Shown here: positions 33,157 to 43,295 of the stretch, piece after piece | How the letters are laid out: each line of letters starts with the position of its first letter | Numbering within the stretch: position 1 is the stretch's first letter | Source of the DNA: an uncultured Nitrospinota bacterium | GTDB lineage: Bacteria; Tectomicrobia; Entotheonellia; J063; CAVPRW01 | NCBI GenBank assembly: GCA_963707985.1 | Contig: CAVPRW010000031.1 | Coordinates: 160,001 to 224,000 of the forward strand | Direction: 5' to 3' | DNA: 64,000 bases | The notes under the pieces: generated by a model | The model's input: only the letters and a program-made list of their open reading frames with translations | What the model was told of the DNA's origin: nothing | The model's database searches: none | Position numbers and translations under genes: made by a program

Positions 33157-34085
33157 ATACAAACCAGCGCCGGCCCAGCACTCCTCAGTGTCCTTACGGG
33201 CTTCGCGCCGGTTTTTTCGAAGCCCGTTTGGCCGCACGTCACAGTCCTGATCGCCGGCACCATTCTTGCTGCAGGGCGGCGGCGCGTCACCGCCGCTCTG
33301 CGGGGGATGGGACACTGCGCAGCGTCCTACATTCAGACCGATCATCGCGTCCTGAATCGGGCTGTCTGGTCGCCCATGTTGCCAGTCGGCTCCTGCTGAA
33401 GCTGTTGGTGGCCGTATTCGTCCCCTGGAGTGTCGTGGTCTGTGGCCTCGATGACACCATCGCGCGTCAACGCAGCGCTCACATGCAAGCGAAAGGCATA
33501 TACCGGAATCGCGTGCGCTCTTCCCGTGCCCACGTTGTTCAAGTCAGTGTGCGGCGTTGGCTCTGTGGGATGCTGCTGCCGCCCCTAACATGGACTCGCT
33601 GGGTCTAGGCGCGGACCTTGATGACCGTGCGGTGTCCCTCTGCGCGATTCCCTGAGGCGCGTGGCCGCCGCCATCACACGATGAGACAGCGGGCCTGACA
33701 GATCATCCGGCTCGTCGTCCGCCGGTAGACCACACGGGAGGAGGCTTGGGCACATGTGGGGAGGGAGACGCCGCGCCAGTGGGAGGGGCTGGCCATGGCC
33801 CGGACCACCCCGGCGTTGTTGAGCCTCTATTCAATCATCACGCTGACGGCTCCTCTATTCATCCACAAGGGCGCCACCTGCGTCCGAACCACGGCGTGGT
33901 ATGTCAACAGCTCTCCAACATGTTCCGATGCGATGGTCTTGGTCCGACGCCACGTGTGCGACCGTAGCCATTTTTCCACGTCACCGTCACCGCAGGAGAG
34001 CGATATGATGTAAGTGCCACGTGCCTTCTTCGAGCGCTTTATTGACGTGGTTTGCTATGCCGCATAATTGGCTAAAATTGAGCTC
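33157..34085 (+). mobile_element. Degenerate IS701-like DDE transposase with internal deletion
   Basis: FAPVFSKPVWPHV..GTILAAGRRRVTAALR; GLDDTIAR..AKGIYRN.VRSS; RETPRQW..ARTTPALL..TAWY; stops and frameshifts. Confidence 0.8.
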
Positions 34086-34437
34086 AGAAGGTCTTGAGAA
34101 ACATGTTGGAGTGCACTTCAAGCGTGGCGGGGATGTAGAGATACCGGTGGTTGTTGACCTCCTGGGCCCGGACGCAGGTGCGGAGCACGTAGCCCGGGGC
34201 ACTTTCGCCCTGGAGGCGACAGCCCCGCCCGAGGCCGCGGATGGCATGCACGAGGGCCCACGGATCCTGGGAGGTAACCGCATAGCGCTCGATGAACCGC
34301 CGCACCCCCTGGTCCGGGTCACGGGCGGCAGCCCCCTGGGCCCTGAGGGGCGGCACCAGGCCGGCCACCAGCGCGAATGTGAGAAACTTGCGGCGGGTGA
34401 GGTGTGGCCCACAGACCGCGTAAAACGCCTTCATCAT
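34084..34437 (-). pseudogene. 3'-truncated copy of the Tat-signal protein at 45507-46607
   Basis: Same N-terminus (..DPWALVHAIRG..EVHSNMFLKTF), ending at the IS end. Confidence 0.85.
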
Positions 34438-34986
34438 CGTTGGCTCCCCAGCGGAACACATACTCACGTTAGCTGAGAGTCGTACAAAGCAATTCCAATG
34501 CCGGGCCCCCCCCGGGTCAGCACCGCCCCCGAGGACGTGACTCGGAGGCTGTACTGGCCAGGATTTACCGAAATACGACGGGGATGATAGAAGCTGAACA
34601 GGCATCAGTCTGTCGTCTCGTGTTACACTTTGTAACAGCTTTTCCTGTTCACCCCGTTGAAGACTGCAACATCAGGACGGCAGGTCGATCGCATAGCGCT
34701 TCAGCTTCCGCCACAGCGTGGTGCGGCTGATGCCCAGCTCCGCCGCCACTTTGGTCTGATTCCAGCGGTGTGCGGAGAGCGCGGCCAGGATGTGCGCTTT
34801 TTCGAGCTGCACGAGGGTCCGGCGTGGAGGGTCCGCGACCGGCTTGAAGTCATCGCGCCCGAGGAGACTCGGGGGCAGGTCTTCCGGCAGGAGCAGGGAG
34901 GAACGCCCCAGAATCACCGCGCGTTCGATGGCCTTCTCCAACTCCCGCACATTCCCAGGCCACGCATAGCGCAGGAGCACCTCGAT
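34088..34986 (-). repeat. Left copy of ~900-bp inverted duplication
   Basis: Reverse complement aligns to 44956-45856. Confidence 0.95.
34488..34503 (-). promoter_or_regulatory. sigma54 promoter (left copy)
   Basis: CGGCATTGGAATTGCT on the minus strand; palindrome TGTTACA-N3-TGTAACA at 34621-34637. Confidence 0.6.
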
Positions 34987-35703
34987 GGTCTCGGGAGCCA
35001 TACCCCCGACCTTCCTGGCGAACTGCTGTCGATACCGATTGAAGAAATGATTGGCCAGGGCCAGGATATCTTCCGGGCGCTCCCGCAAGGGTGGGAGCGT
35101 GATGACAACCCCGTTGAGTCGATAATAGAGATCCTCACGGAATCTCCGGGTGTGGACAAGGGTTCTTAAATCCTTGTTGGTGGCCGCAAGGACCCGCACA
35201 TCAATGTGGATGGAGGCCGTCCCCCCCACACGCCGGATGATTTGTTCCTGCAAGACCCGTAACAGCTTGGCCTGGGCAGATAGCGGCATCTCCCCGACTT
35301 CATCGAGGAAAACCGTGCCACAGTTCCCTTCCTCGAAGAGGCCCCGCTTCGTCACCAGAGCACCGGTGAACGCCCCTCGCTCATGGCCAAACAGTTCGCT
35401 TTCCATCAGCGATTCCGGGATGGTGGTGCAATCGATGGTGATCAAGGATTGGTGGGCCCGAGGGCTCCAGGCATGGATCGCTTTGGCGATGACCTCTTTT
35501 CCCGTCCCACTTTCCCCCTGGATGAGGGCGGTGGCCTGAGTGCTGGCTAACTGCCGAGCGATGTCCAGGACCCGCTGCATCTGGGAACTGTTCGCCACAA
35601 TGGCATCGAGCTGATGATCTTCCTGAAGTGATGCTTGCAGCGGCTTGACTCCCTCTAGAAGTAGAAGATTATCGCGCTTCTGCGCGGGCGGGGGGATAAT
35701 CAC
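34672..35703 (-). CDS. sigma54-dependent Fis-family activator with no N-terminal sensory domain
   Basis: GESGTGKE, GAFTGA, FLDE, WPGNVREL, C-terminal HTH; only ~30 aa precede the AAA+ domain. Confidence 0.9.
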   Translation of the reverse strand: MIIPPPAQKRDNLLLLEGVKPLQASLQEDHQLDAIVANSSQMQRVLDIARQLASTQATALIQGESGTGKEVIAKAIHAWSPRAHQSLITIDCTTIPESLMESELFGHERGAFTGALVTKRGLFEEGNCGTVFLDEVGEMPLSAQAKLLRVLQEQIIRRVGGTASIHIDVRVLAATNKDLRTLVHTRRFREDLYYRLNGVVITLPPLRERPEDILALANHFFNRYRQQFARKVGGMAPETIEVLLRYAWPGNVRELEKAIERAVILGRSSLLLPEDLPPSLLGRDDFKPVADPPRRTLVQLEKAHILAALSAHRWNQTKVAAELGISRTTLWRKLKRYAIDLPS

Positions 35704-36038
35704 GTGCTCTCCCTCCCTGGGGTGTATGCTCTTGGTTTGCTGTATATGGGCTTCGACAGCTCAACAGGGGATGGTGGACAAGATCAGCATGAATGCTCGA
35801 GCCCGCTAGGGTCGTCCTATCTGATATGGTTACAAATGGTGGTGCTACATCGACAATAGGCTACCCTTCTATGAAATCCTCGCTATGAACTATGCCCTAC
35901 CGGCCGTAGAGACCCTACAATCTCCACCTAACATCAAGGCTCCACCGAAGAAAGAGCCAGGACTAATAAACATGAAAAACTATGACAATATATCGTCAGA
36001 TATAGCAGAATACTATAGTATATCCCAAATTTGTAGGA

Positions 36039-36066
36039 ATCATAATTCGAGCGCGTACGTTGTCAA
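36039..36066 (-). promoter_or_regulatory. Possible sigma70 promoter for the activator
   Basis: TTGACA-N16-TATGAT in an AT-rich stretch. Confidence 0.4.
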
Positions 36067-36456
36067 GGAGAATTTTTCGACAGCTCTGTAGCTGAGCGCT
36101 CCCAAAATCCATCGGGGCGGGCTACAAATGGACCGATACTACGCCATTGCGGCACCTCACATCCCCCTCGACAGGTGCCGTGGTAACCTTGTGCAGTCGT
36201 GAGGCTTTCAGACGAATATGTTGGTGTCCTCGCGGGTCTCATCTGGTGTGGGGATGCTTGCGCTAGCTGTTTTCTCAGTGATGACGACCTTGGGTTCCCG
36301 CGACTGCGAAGGTCACCAGCGTTCCCGCGAGGGACACTGATAAGAGCAAGGTTTTTTTCTCTCCTGGTGCTATACTACTATTCGTTAATGGTGAAGTGAG
36401 TAGCCTCGTTGGCACGCAAGGGAGCCCAAATCAGGTAAGCGGTGAGGAGAGCGGAT

Positions 36457-36813
36457 ATGTCGAAGGCAATCGGGATCCTGATGATAGTAATGGCGGTAGC
36501 TATTGGGAGCGCAGTCCCGGCATCTGCCTGGCAAGGAGGATATGGCTATCGCCCGTATGGTTATTACCGCTATAGGCCGCCGTCCGTGGTAGTCGTCCCA
36601 CGGGTCGTGGTCCCATTTGGGCTGCCATATGGATATCCTCCGGTCGTCGTCGCGCCGCCTCCAGTGTATGTTCAGCCCCCGCCCCAGGTGTATGTCCAAC
36701 CGCCTCCACCGCAGCCATACTGGCATTATTGTGACAACCCCCCTGGATATTATCCCTACGTGCAGCAATGCCCCGGAGGATGGCGCCAGGTGAATCCAGT
36801 GCCACCGGGATAG
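36457..36813 (+). CDS. Exported Pro/Tyr-rich protein
   Basis: Signal peptide, repeated PPVYVQPP, YWHYCDNPPGYYPYVQQCPGGW. Confidence 0.8.
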   Translation: MSKAIGILMIVMAVAIGSAVPASAWQGGYGYRPYGYYRYRPPSVVVVPRVVVPFGLPYGYPPVVVAPPPVYVQPPPQVYVQPPPPQPYWHYCDNPPGYYPYVQQCPGGWRQVNPVPPG

Positions 36814-36826
36814 GAGGGAGGAGGAC

Positions 36827-37357
36827 ATGTCCAAGACGTGGGGGGTATTTCTCCCAATAGTGATTTTCCTCGGTGCTTGCACCACCTTGCCGACCGGTCC
36901 AAATGTGATGGTACTGCCTGGCGTGGGCAAGCCTTTCGACCAGTTTCAGGTCGACGATATGCTCTGCCGACAGTTTGCTCAGGGGCAGCTCGGCACGACC
37001 CCTGCCCACGCGAGTATGCAGAGCACCGTGCAAGGCAGTGCCATCGGCACCGTCTTAGGTGCGGCTGCTGGGGCCGCTATCGGTGCGGCCGCAGGCAATG
37101 CCGGTGTGGGCGCGGCCGTAGGAGCTGGCACAGGGGTGCTCGTCGGCACCGCGGCTGGCGCCGAGTCTGGCTCCGCCACGGCGGGGACGCTGCAGTGGCG
37201 GTACGATGTCGCCTATGTCCAATGCATGTATGCCAAAGGGAACCAGGTACCCGGCACCACGGCGTCTTCATCGAGCTATGTGCCACCACCAGCGAACGCC
37301 CCACCTCCACCGGGTGCCACACCACGCCCTCTCCCTCAAGTACCTTCACCACGCTGA
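36827..37357 (+). CDS. Glycine-zipper lipoprotein
   Basis: Lipobox LGAC, GAAAGAAIG glycine zipper, YVQCMYAKGNQVP; AGGAGG RBS. Confidence 0.85.
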   Translation: MSKTWGVFLPIVIFLGACTTLPTGPNVMVLPGVGKPFDQFQVDDMLCRQFAQGQLGTTPAHASMQSTVQGSAIGTVLGAAAGAAIGAAAGNAGVGAAVGAGTGVLVGTAAGAESGSATAGTLQWRYDVAYVQCMYAKGNQVPGTTASSSSYVPPPANAPPPPGATPRPLPQVPSPR

Positions 37358-37585
37358 AGGTGGCCACCATCCTTTTGCGAAAGGCACTAGCAGAGACCAA
37401 CGTCGACCAAGCGTTCCGAGGCCCGTTGAGATAGGCCATGTGATCCGCTGGGCTTTCCCAGGAGTCTGCCAGTGCCCCCTCTCCTGCCCCAGTCGAAGCC
37501 CCGCAGAGGTCCTGCGAGCACGTCCGGCTGATGATGGTGTCAACGGACCCTTGGGCTCTTTCGTTAGTCGCAGTGGGAAAGGTGT

Positions 37586-38158
37586 GTGGAAGATACCGGG
37601 AAAGACATCGTGGCACACATCAATGCAGCACCTGATGCGCAAGCTCACTATGCACAACTGTATCGGTTGCATTATCCACGGGTGGTGCGATTGTGTCGTC
37701 TGCTTCTGGCTGATGCTCATGAAGCCGAAGACGTGGCCCAGGAGGTCTTCATCAAACTCTGGCAGGCCTGGCAAACCGAAACCCGCGCCATGGCATGGGA
37801 GCCATGGCTGACCCGTGTCACCGTAAACGCCTGTCGCGATCGACGGCGCTCGGGATGGTGGAAATGGTGGCGTGCACCGTATCGCACCGCTGACGTCGAC
37901 TTTCCATCCGTCCTCGACCGCCCCAGCTGCGGACCGACGCCAGAGGAGGATACCCTCGCACGAGAAGTTGTCGGGCGTATTTGGCAGGCCTTTCGTGAGC
38001 TCCCATCACGCCAGCAAGAGGTGTTTGCCTTGCGCTATCTTGAAGGCCGGTCGACGGAAGAGGTCGCCGACGCACTGCGCTTGAGCGTCGGCAGTGTGAA
38101 GCAACATCTCTATAGGGCGGTGCACCGTTTGCGTCGTGTCCTTGGAGGAGAGACATGA
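37586..38158 (+). CDS. ECF RNA polymerase sigma factor
   Basis: AEDVAQEVF, WLTRVTVNAC, SVGSVKQHLYRA. Confidence 0.9.
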   Translation: MEDTGKDIVAHINAAPDAQAHYAQLYRLHYPRVVRLCRLLLADAHEAEDVAQEVFIKLWQAWQTETRAMAWEPWLTRVTVNACRDRRRSGWWKWWRAPYRTADVDFPSVLDRPSCGPTPEEDTLAREVVGRIWQAFRELPSRQQEVFALRYLEGRSTEEVADALRLSVGSVKQHLYRAVHRLRRVLGGET

Positions 38159-38670
38159 GCCGCTGTGTCAGCGATCGGACGTTATGGCTATTGTCCGAAG
38201 GCGAAGCGTGTCGCGAGGAGCGTGCCCATGTGACTTCCTGCGGTGTCTGCGCTGTCCGGTTACGTCGGTTGGAGCAGGAGATCAGCGACCTCCAGGTCGT
38301 GTTATCCGGGTCACCGCCATCTCAGGTGGCACCGACCCAGCAGCCAGGCGTTCGCAGGCGCTGGGTCGCAGCGGTGGCGACACTTGCCGCCATGGTCATG
38401 TTCGCGTGGTTCGGTGGCTGGTGGCGGCAACCCCCATTGCCCCTGCCCACAGAGGTTCATCAGGCATCTATCTGGCCCTTCATCGAGGGCGTATCGACGG
38501 CCCTCTTCCCCGGTGCGGAGATCGGCTTCAACACTGCACCGGATCGCCTGTCCGACCTCGACGACCTGCAGGCGGCCCTGGCGTGGGAATGGCCCTGTGA
38601 AGGGCGAGAAACGCTTGCTAATTTGGCGTGTGATGACGACATATTCGCTCTCATCATTGGAGAGCCGTAA
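38155..38670 (+). CDS. Putative membrane anti-sigma factor (zf-HC2-like)
   Basis: HVTSCGVC (HxxxCxxC), one TM helix, ATGA overlap with the sigma gene. Confidence 0.75.
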   Translation: MSRCVSDRTLWLLSEGEACREERAHVTSCGVCAVRLRRLEQEISDLQVVLSGSPPSQVAPTQQPGVRRRWVAAVATLAAMVMFAWFGGWWRQPPLPLPTEVHQASIWPFIEGVSTALFPGAEIGFNTAPDRLSDLDDLQAALAWEWPCEGRETLANLACDDDIFALIIGEP

Positions 38671-38687
38671 GGACAGGAGATGAGCTG

Positions 38688-39176
38688 ATGCACACATCAC
38701 GTCTCGTATGGGCTGGAATCGTCGTGCTTGGTTTGTGGGCCGCAGCAGGGTATGCACAACCACGCCAGGGGATGGGAGCACCGGGACCAGGCCGCATGAT
38801 GGAGGATGGGCCAGGGATGCTGCTACCCCTGGTGCTGAAAGGCATCGATTTGACCGATGCACAGGAGAAACGAGTGCAAGAGATCATGGCGGCTCACCGG
38901 ACGACATTTCGCACCCTCTTCGGCGAGCTGCAGGCCACTCACAAGGACTTGGCCGATAAACTATTCGCGCCTGCACAGGTCCGCGTCGAGGATTTCACCG
39001 TCCAAATGCAACGGATAGCGCAGCTTCGCGACCAGCTCATGCAAGAGGGACTGAAGGTTGCCATTGAGGTGCGGGAACTGCTGACACCAGAGCAGCTTGT
39101 CAAAGCTGCCGAGATCAAGGATCGCATGCGCGCATTACATACAGAAATGCGGGGGCTCTTCAGGGACAAGCGCTAA
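38688..39176 (+). CDS. Spy/CpxP-like periplasmic protein
   Basis: Signal peptide; LTDAQ and LLTPEQ (LTxxQ) motifs. Confidence 0.85.
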   Translation: MHTSRLVWAGIVVLGLWAAAGYAQPRQGMGAPGPGRMMEDGPGMLLPLVLKGIDLTDAQEKRVQEIMAAHRTTFRTLFGELQATHKDLADKLFAPAQVRVEDFTVQMQRIAQLRDQLMQEGLKVAIEVRELLTPEQLVKAAEIKDRMRALHTEMRGLFRDKR

Positions 39177-39315
39177 CCTCCGCTTCACATCTACGTTCAG
39201 GGGAGGCAACTCGGTTGCCATGAGCGGGCTCTACCTCCTGAGGCCGTGGAGGATGCGAAGAGATCCTCCCTTCATGAGGTTCACACCAGCTAGCCGTATT
39301 AACGAGGAGACGCAC

Positions 39316-39543
39316 ATGCCCTCATTGCGTAAGACTCTTGTGGTTTCCAAGGCGGCCGTGGCGCTGGGATGGTTCTTCACGCTACTCGCCGTTTTACACT
39401 CACCAGCAGCTGCCCAGGGTCGTGTCTGTGCCGATGATGAAGACTGCAACACGGTGGGACCCAGGTCTCGACCCAAAGCGGTTGCGATATGCAGCCGATG
39501 CCGAGGTCCTCGTCGGGTGCTAGCACCAGGCTTCCAGCGGTAG
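39316..39543 (+). pseudogene. Possible truncated exported protein
   Basis: GAGGAG RBS, signal peptide ending AAAQ, then RVCADD and apparent loss of coding character. Confidence 0.3.
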
Positions 39544-39623
39544 CGGTATGCATGTAGAGTCAACCTTGCTATAATAGCAACCGATGTCGGTGTGTATTTG
39601 GTGGGCTGAACCGAAAGGGGGAT

Positions 39624-40535
39624 ATGATGGCAACGATCGTTGGCAGTGGGAAGTATACCTACGAAGTGCATGAGGACTGGGCACGCCTTCCCGAAGGTGT
39701 GGAGATGAAGGCAGCAGCCGTCGCCGTCGATTCGAAGGACCGTGTCTATTGCTTCAATCGCTCGCCCGAGCATCCGATTCTCGTCTTCGACCGGGACGGC
39801 AACTTCCTCTCATCATGGGGAGCCGGGCTGTTTGCGTTTCCGCATGCGATTCGCATCGAAGCGGACGATACCGTATGGATTACCGACCGGGATCACGGGC
39901 AATTCATGAAGTTCACCACCGATGGGAAATTGCTGTCGACGATCGGCACCAAAGGTTTCCGCTCCGACACCGGGATCCCAGCGGACGACTTCAGCTCGGG
40001 TGGGTGGAAACACGTGACGCACGGGGGCGACCCGTTCAACCTGCCGACGGACATTGTCGTGGCGCCCAGTGGCGAGATGTTCATGTCTGATGGCTATGGC
40101 AATGCCCGCGTGCACAAGTTCTCGCCGGATGGCAAACATCTCTTCTCGTGGGGCGAACCGGGGAAGGCTCCGGGACAGTTCAACCTGCCCCATGGGGTGT
40201 GGATCGATCGCCGCGGCCGCTTGCTGGTCGCTGATCGCGAGAACGATCGCGTGCAGATCTTCGATCAGGATGGGAAGTTGCTCTCCATCTGGTCGACGGA
40301 GTTGATCGGCCCAGCGTTTTTCTATGTGGATCACGAGGACATCGTCTACATCCCCGAACATAACGGTGGCATGGTCAGCATTTTGACGTTGGATGGCGAG
40401 CGGCTAGCCCGCTGGGGTGGTCCCATCCACCGTTCTTGCCACGGCATTTGGGTGGATTCGCAGGGCGACCTCTATGTCGTGCAGCCGGGTGAGTGGGGAC
40501 GGGTGCGTCGTGTCGTGAAGTACGAGCGGCAGTAA
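39624..40535 (+). CDS. NHL-repeat beta-propeller (PAL-like family)
   Basis: FPHAI, FNLPTD, SDGYGNARVHKF, FNLPHG, ADRENDRVQIFD. Confidence 0.88.
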   Translation: MMATIVGSGKYTYEVHEDWARLPEGVEMKAAAVAVDSKDRVYCFNRSPEHPILVFDRDGNFLSSWGAGLFAFPHAIRIEADDTVWITDRDHGQFMKFTTDGKLLSTIGTKGFRSDTGIPADDFSSGGWKHVTHGGDPFNLPTDIVVAPSGEMFMSDGYGNARVHKFSPDGKHLFSWGEPGKAPGQFNLPHGVWIDRRGRLLVADRENDRVQIFDQDGKLLSIWSTELIGPAFFYVDHEDIVYIPEHNGGMVSILTLDGERLARWGGPIHRSCHGIWVDSQGDLYVVQPGEWGRVRRVVKYERQ

Positions 40536-40695
40536 CCGACGAGTTCCGATGAGTCCTCCCTCGTGGCGGGGGAGGACTGAGATACCTGACACATGACTCG
40601 CGACTCCCACGTCCTCCCCCCTTCCTTCCCCGTGGGAGGGGCTGACAAATGGCACCGTATGACATGGGATGCCCTGCTTGTCTGGAGACCCAACC

Positions 40696-42061
40696 ATGCA
40701 GCCCCGGATGCAACCCCTATCCGCCATCACACTCGATGAGACGTACGCTCAGGCGTTACCCAACTCACGGCAGCTCTTTGCACGCGCTCAACAGATTTTT
40801 CCCGATGGGGTGACCCACGATAATCGCCGCATGCAGCCGTTCCCCATCTACATTGAGCGCGCTGATGGCGCCTACAAGTGGGATGTCGACGGCCATCGCT
40901 ACATCGACTACTGGATGGGGCACGGTGCTCTGCTGCTGGGCCATAGTCCACCCCAAATCTGCCAGGCGGTGATCGACCAGATGCAGCGCGGAACACACTA
41001 TGGGGCCAGCCATGCCAAGGAAGTCGAGTGGGGTGAGTGGATCTGTCGCCTGGTGCCGTGCGCCGAAATGGTGCGCTTTACCGCGTCTGGCACGGAAGCC
41101 ACGCACATGGCGTTGCGTCTGGCGCGTGCATTTGCCGGGAAGCGGCGTGTGGTGAAGTTCGCAGGCCACTTCCATGGCTGGCACGAGGGCTTGGAGGTCG
41201 GCGTACAGCCGCCATATGATGCCGGCCCCGAGCCCGGGCAGATGCCAGAAGCAGTGGAGGCTGTTGCCCTCTGCCCACCGAATGATCTCGCCGCCGTTCG
41301 AGCTGCCCTCGCCGCGGGCGACGTGGCGGCGGTGATCATTGAGCCCACTGGCGGCCATTTTGGCGTCGTGCCAATCGCGCCTGGGTTTCTGGAGGCACTG
41401 CGCGCGGAGACAAGCCAAGCCGGCGTGCTGTTGATCTTCGACGAAGTGGTAACAGGCTTCCGTGTGGCGCCTGGTGGTGCGCAGGCCTTGTTTGGCGTGA
41501 TGCCTGATCTCTCGACGTTCGCCAAAGTTCTGGCCGGCGGCTTGCCTGGTGGTGCTGTGGCCGGCCGAGCTGATATCCTCGCATTCCTGAACACTCAAGG
41601 CGGGGCAGACGAAAATTCACCATCCCGGTACTTTCAATGCTAACCCCTTATCGGCCGCTGCAGGTGTCGCGATGCTGTCTGCGGTCGCCGATGGCAAGGC
41701 ACAGCGCGTTGCCAATGATCAGGCGGCTAAGTTACGCTATGGCATGAACGAGATTCTGGCGCGTGAGAAAGTGGCCTGGCGAGTGTACGGCAAGCATAGT
41801 GATTGGAAACTGTACTACGGCGCCGACGCCCCACCACACGATGGCAATGATCAGTCAGTGGACGATGTCCCCTGGCAGCGCCTCGATTCTCGGCACCCAC
41901 AGCAGAGCAGTGCCCTGCGGCAAGCCTTGATCCTGCAGGGCATCGACTTCAACGGCGGCCGCGCCCTGGTCGGCACCTGCCACACCGATGCCGTCGTCGC
42001 CGAAACCCTCGGTGGCTTCACGGCTGCTGTGCGGGCGGTGAAGGAACATGGGCTGGCGTAG
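40696..42061 (+). CDS. Class III aminotransferase (GSA-aminomutase-like), frameshifted near 41605
   Basis: SGTEA, FHGWH, FDEVVTGFR, AKVLAGGLP; HPGTFNANPLS continues in the frame of ORF 41672-42061. Confidence 0.88.
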
Positions 42062-42168
42062 GCTAAGACATTCCGTAGGCCTCACAGGCTGGTGTACAAT
42101 ACGGTGCTCGATGAGGCGCCAAGTAGGATTCGGCATCATGACTGAATTTCTCACGCCAGGAGGCATGC

Positions 42169-43280
42169 ATGGAGCGACCTATCTTCAAACCCGTGGGCAC
42201 ACCGGTCGAACAACTCGATACACCGGCCCTTGTGCTGGACCTCGCCATCCTGGAACGTAACATCAGCACCTTGCACGGCTTCTTCCGCCAGCATGATGCC
42301 AAGGTACGCCCTGCTGTCGAGTCACATCGCTGCCCCGCCATTGCCCACAAACAGCTTGACGCTGGAGGCACCGTCGATGGCATTTGTGTCACTACCATCG
42401 GCCAAGCCGAGGTGTTCACCACACACGGGTTCAACGACGTGTTGATCGCCAACGAAATCGTCACTCCACAAAAGATCGGTCGCCTGTGCGCCTTGGCACG
42501 CCATGCCAAGATGAGCGTGGCTGTTGATCAGCCGCAGAATATCCAGGACCTGTCCAACGCCGCGAGGGCACATGGGGTAACGCTGCACGTGGTAGTGGAG
42601 ATCCATACGCACGGCAACCGGATGCGGAGTCGAGCCCGGCCAGCCGGCACTGGATCTGGCCAAGCACAGTGCAGCAGGCGCCGCATCTCGATCTTGCGGG
42701 ACTGATGAGCCGCGAAGGCCCAACGCCCACCCAAGACCCTGGAAAGTTGGCAGCTGAATCACGGCAATGGATCCAGAAGATCGTGGACACCCGAGAGATG
42801 GTGGAGAGAGCCGGTCTCACCGTGCACACAGTCAGTGTCGGCGGCACCTACAACTACGAGCTCGCTGGGGCCATGGCGGGGGTGACGGAAGTTCTCGCCG
42901 GGACGTACGCGCTCATGGACTATCGATATGTCCAGTGTTGCCCACAGTTCAAACCCGCCGCCAGAGTGATGACCACGGTGACAAGCCGCCCTGAACCGGG
43001 AACCGCCATCGTCGACGCCGGTCAGAAGGCCGTCGGGATCGATACCGGCCTACCGGTCTCCGAAGATATTCCCGGTGCCACGGTGATGGCGTTGAGTGCA
43101 GAGCATGGCCGGCTGCAGCTCCAGGATGACGCTGAGAGCAAGGTCGCATTGGCCGATAAGATCTGGCTTACGCCCTGGGACATCGGTACATGCGTCAATT
43201 TGTACGACTACATCCATGCCGTGCGCGACGGCAAGCTGGAGGTGGTCTGGGACGTGGCGGCGCGTGGACGATACCGGTAG
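42169..43280 (+). CDS. Fold-type III PLP-family protein (D-threonine aldolase/DSD-like), frameshifted at ~42620-42670
   Basis: LDTPALVLD, IANEIV, RCGV in shifted frame, GTYALMD, DAGQKA, WDVAARG. Confidence 0.85.
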
Positions 43281-43295
43281 AAGAGGAGATAGTCG

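Noticed and set aside
35885..36399. Short ORFs in the AT-rich intergenic region
   Set aside because: Atypical composition and no motifs; more likely promoter DNA
40550..40645. GC-rich hairpins after the NHL gene (and one near 5090-5112)
   Set aside because: Isolated REP- or terminator-like hairpins with no repeat-spacer periodicity, so not CRISPR
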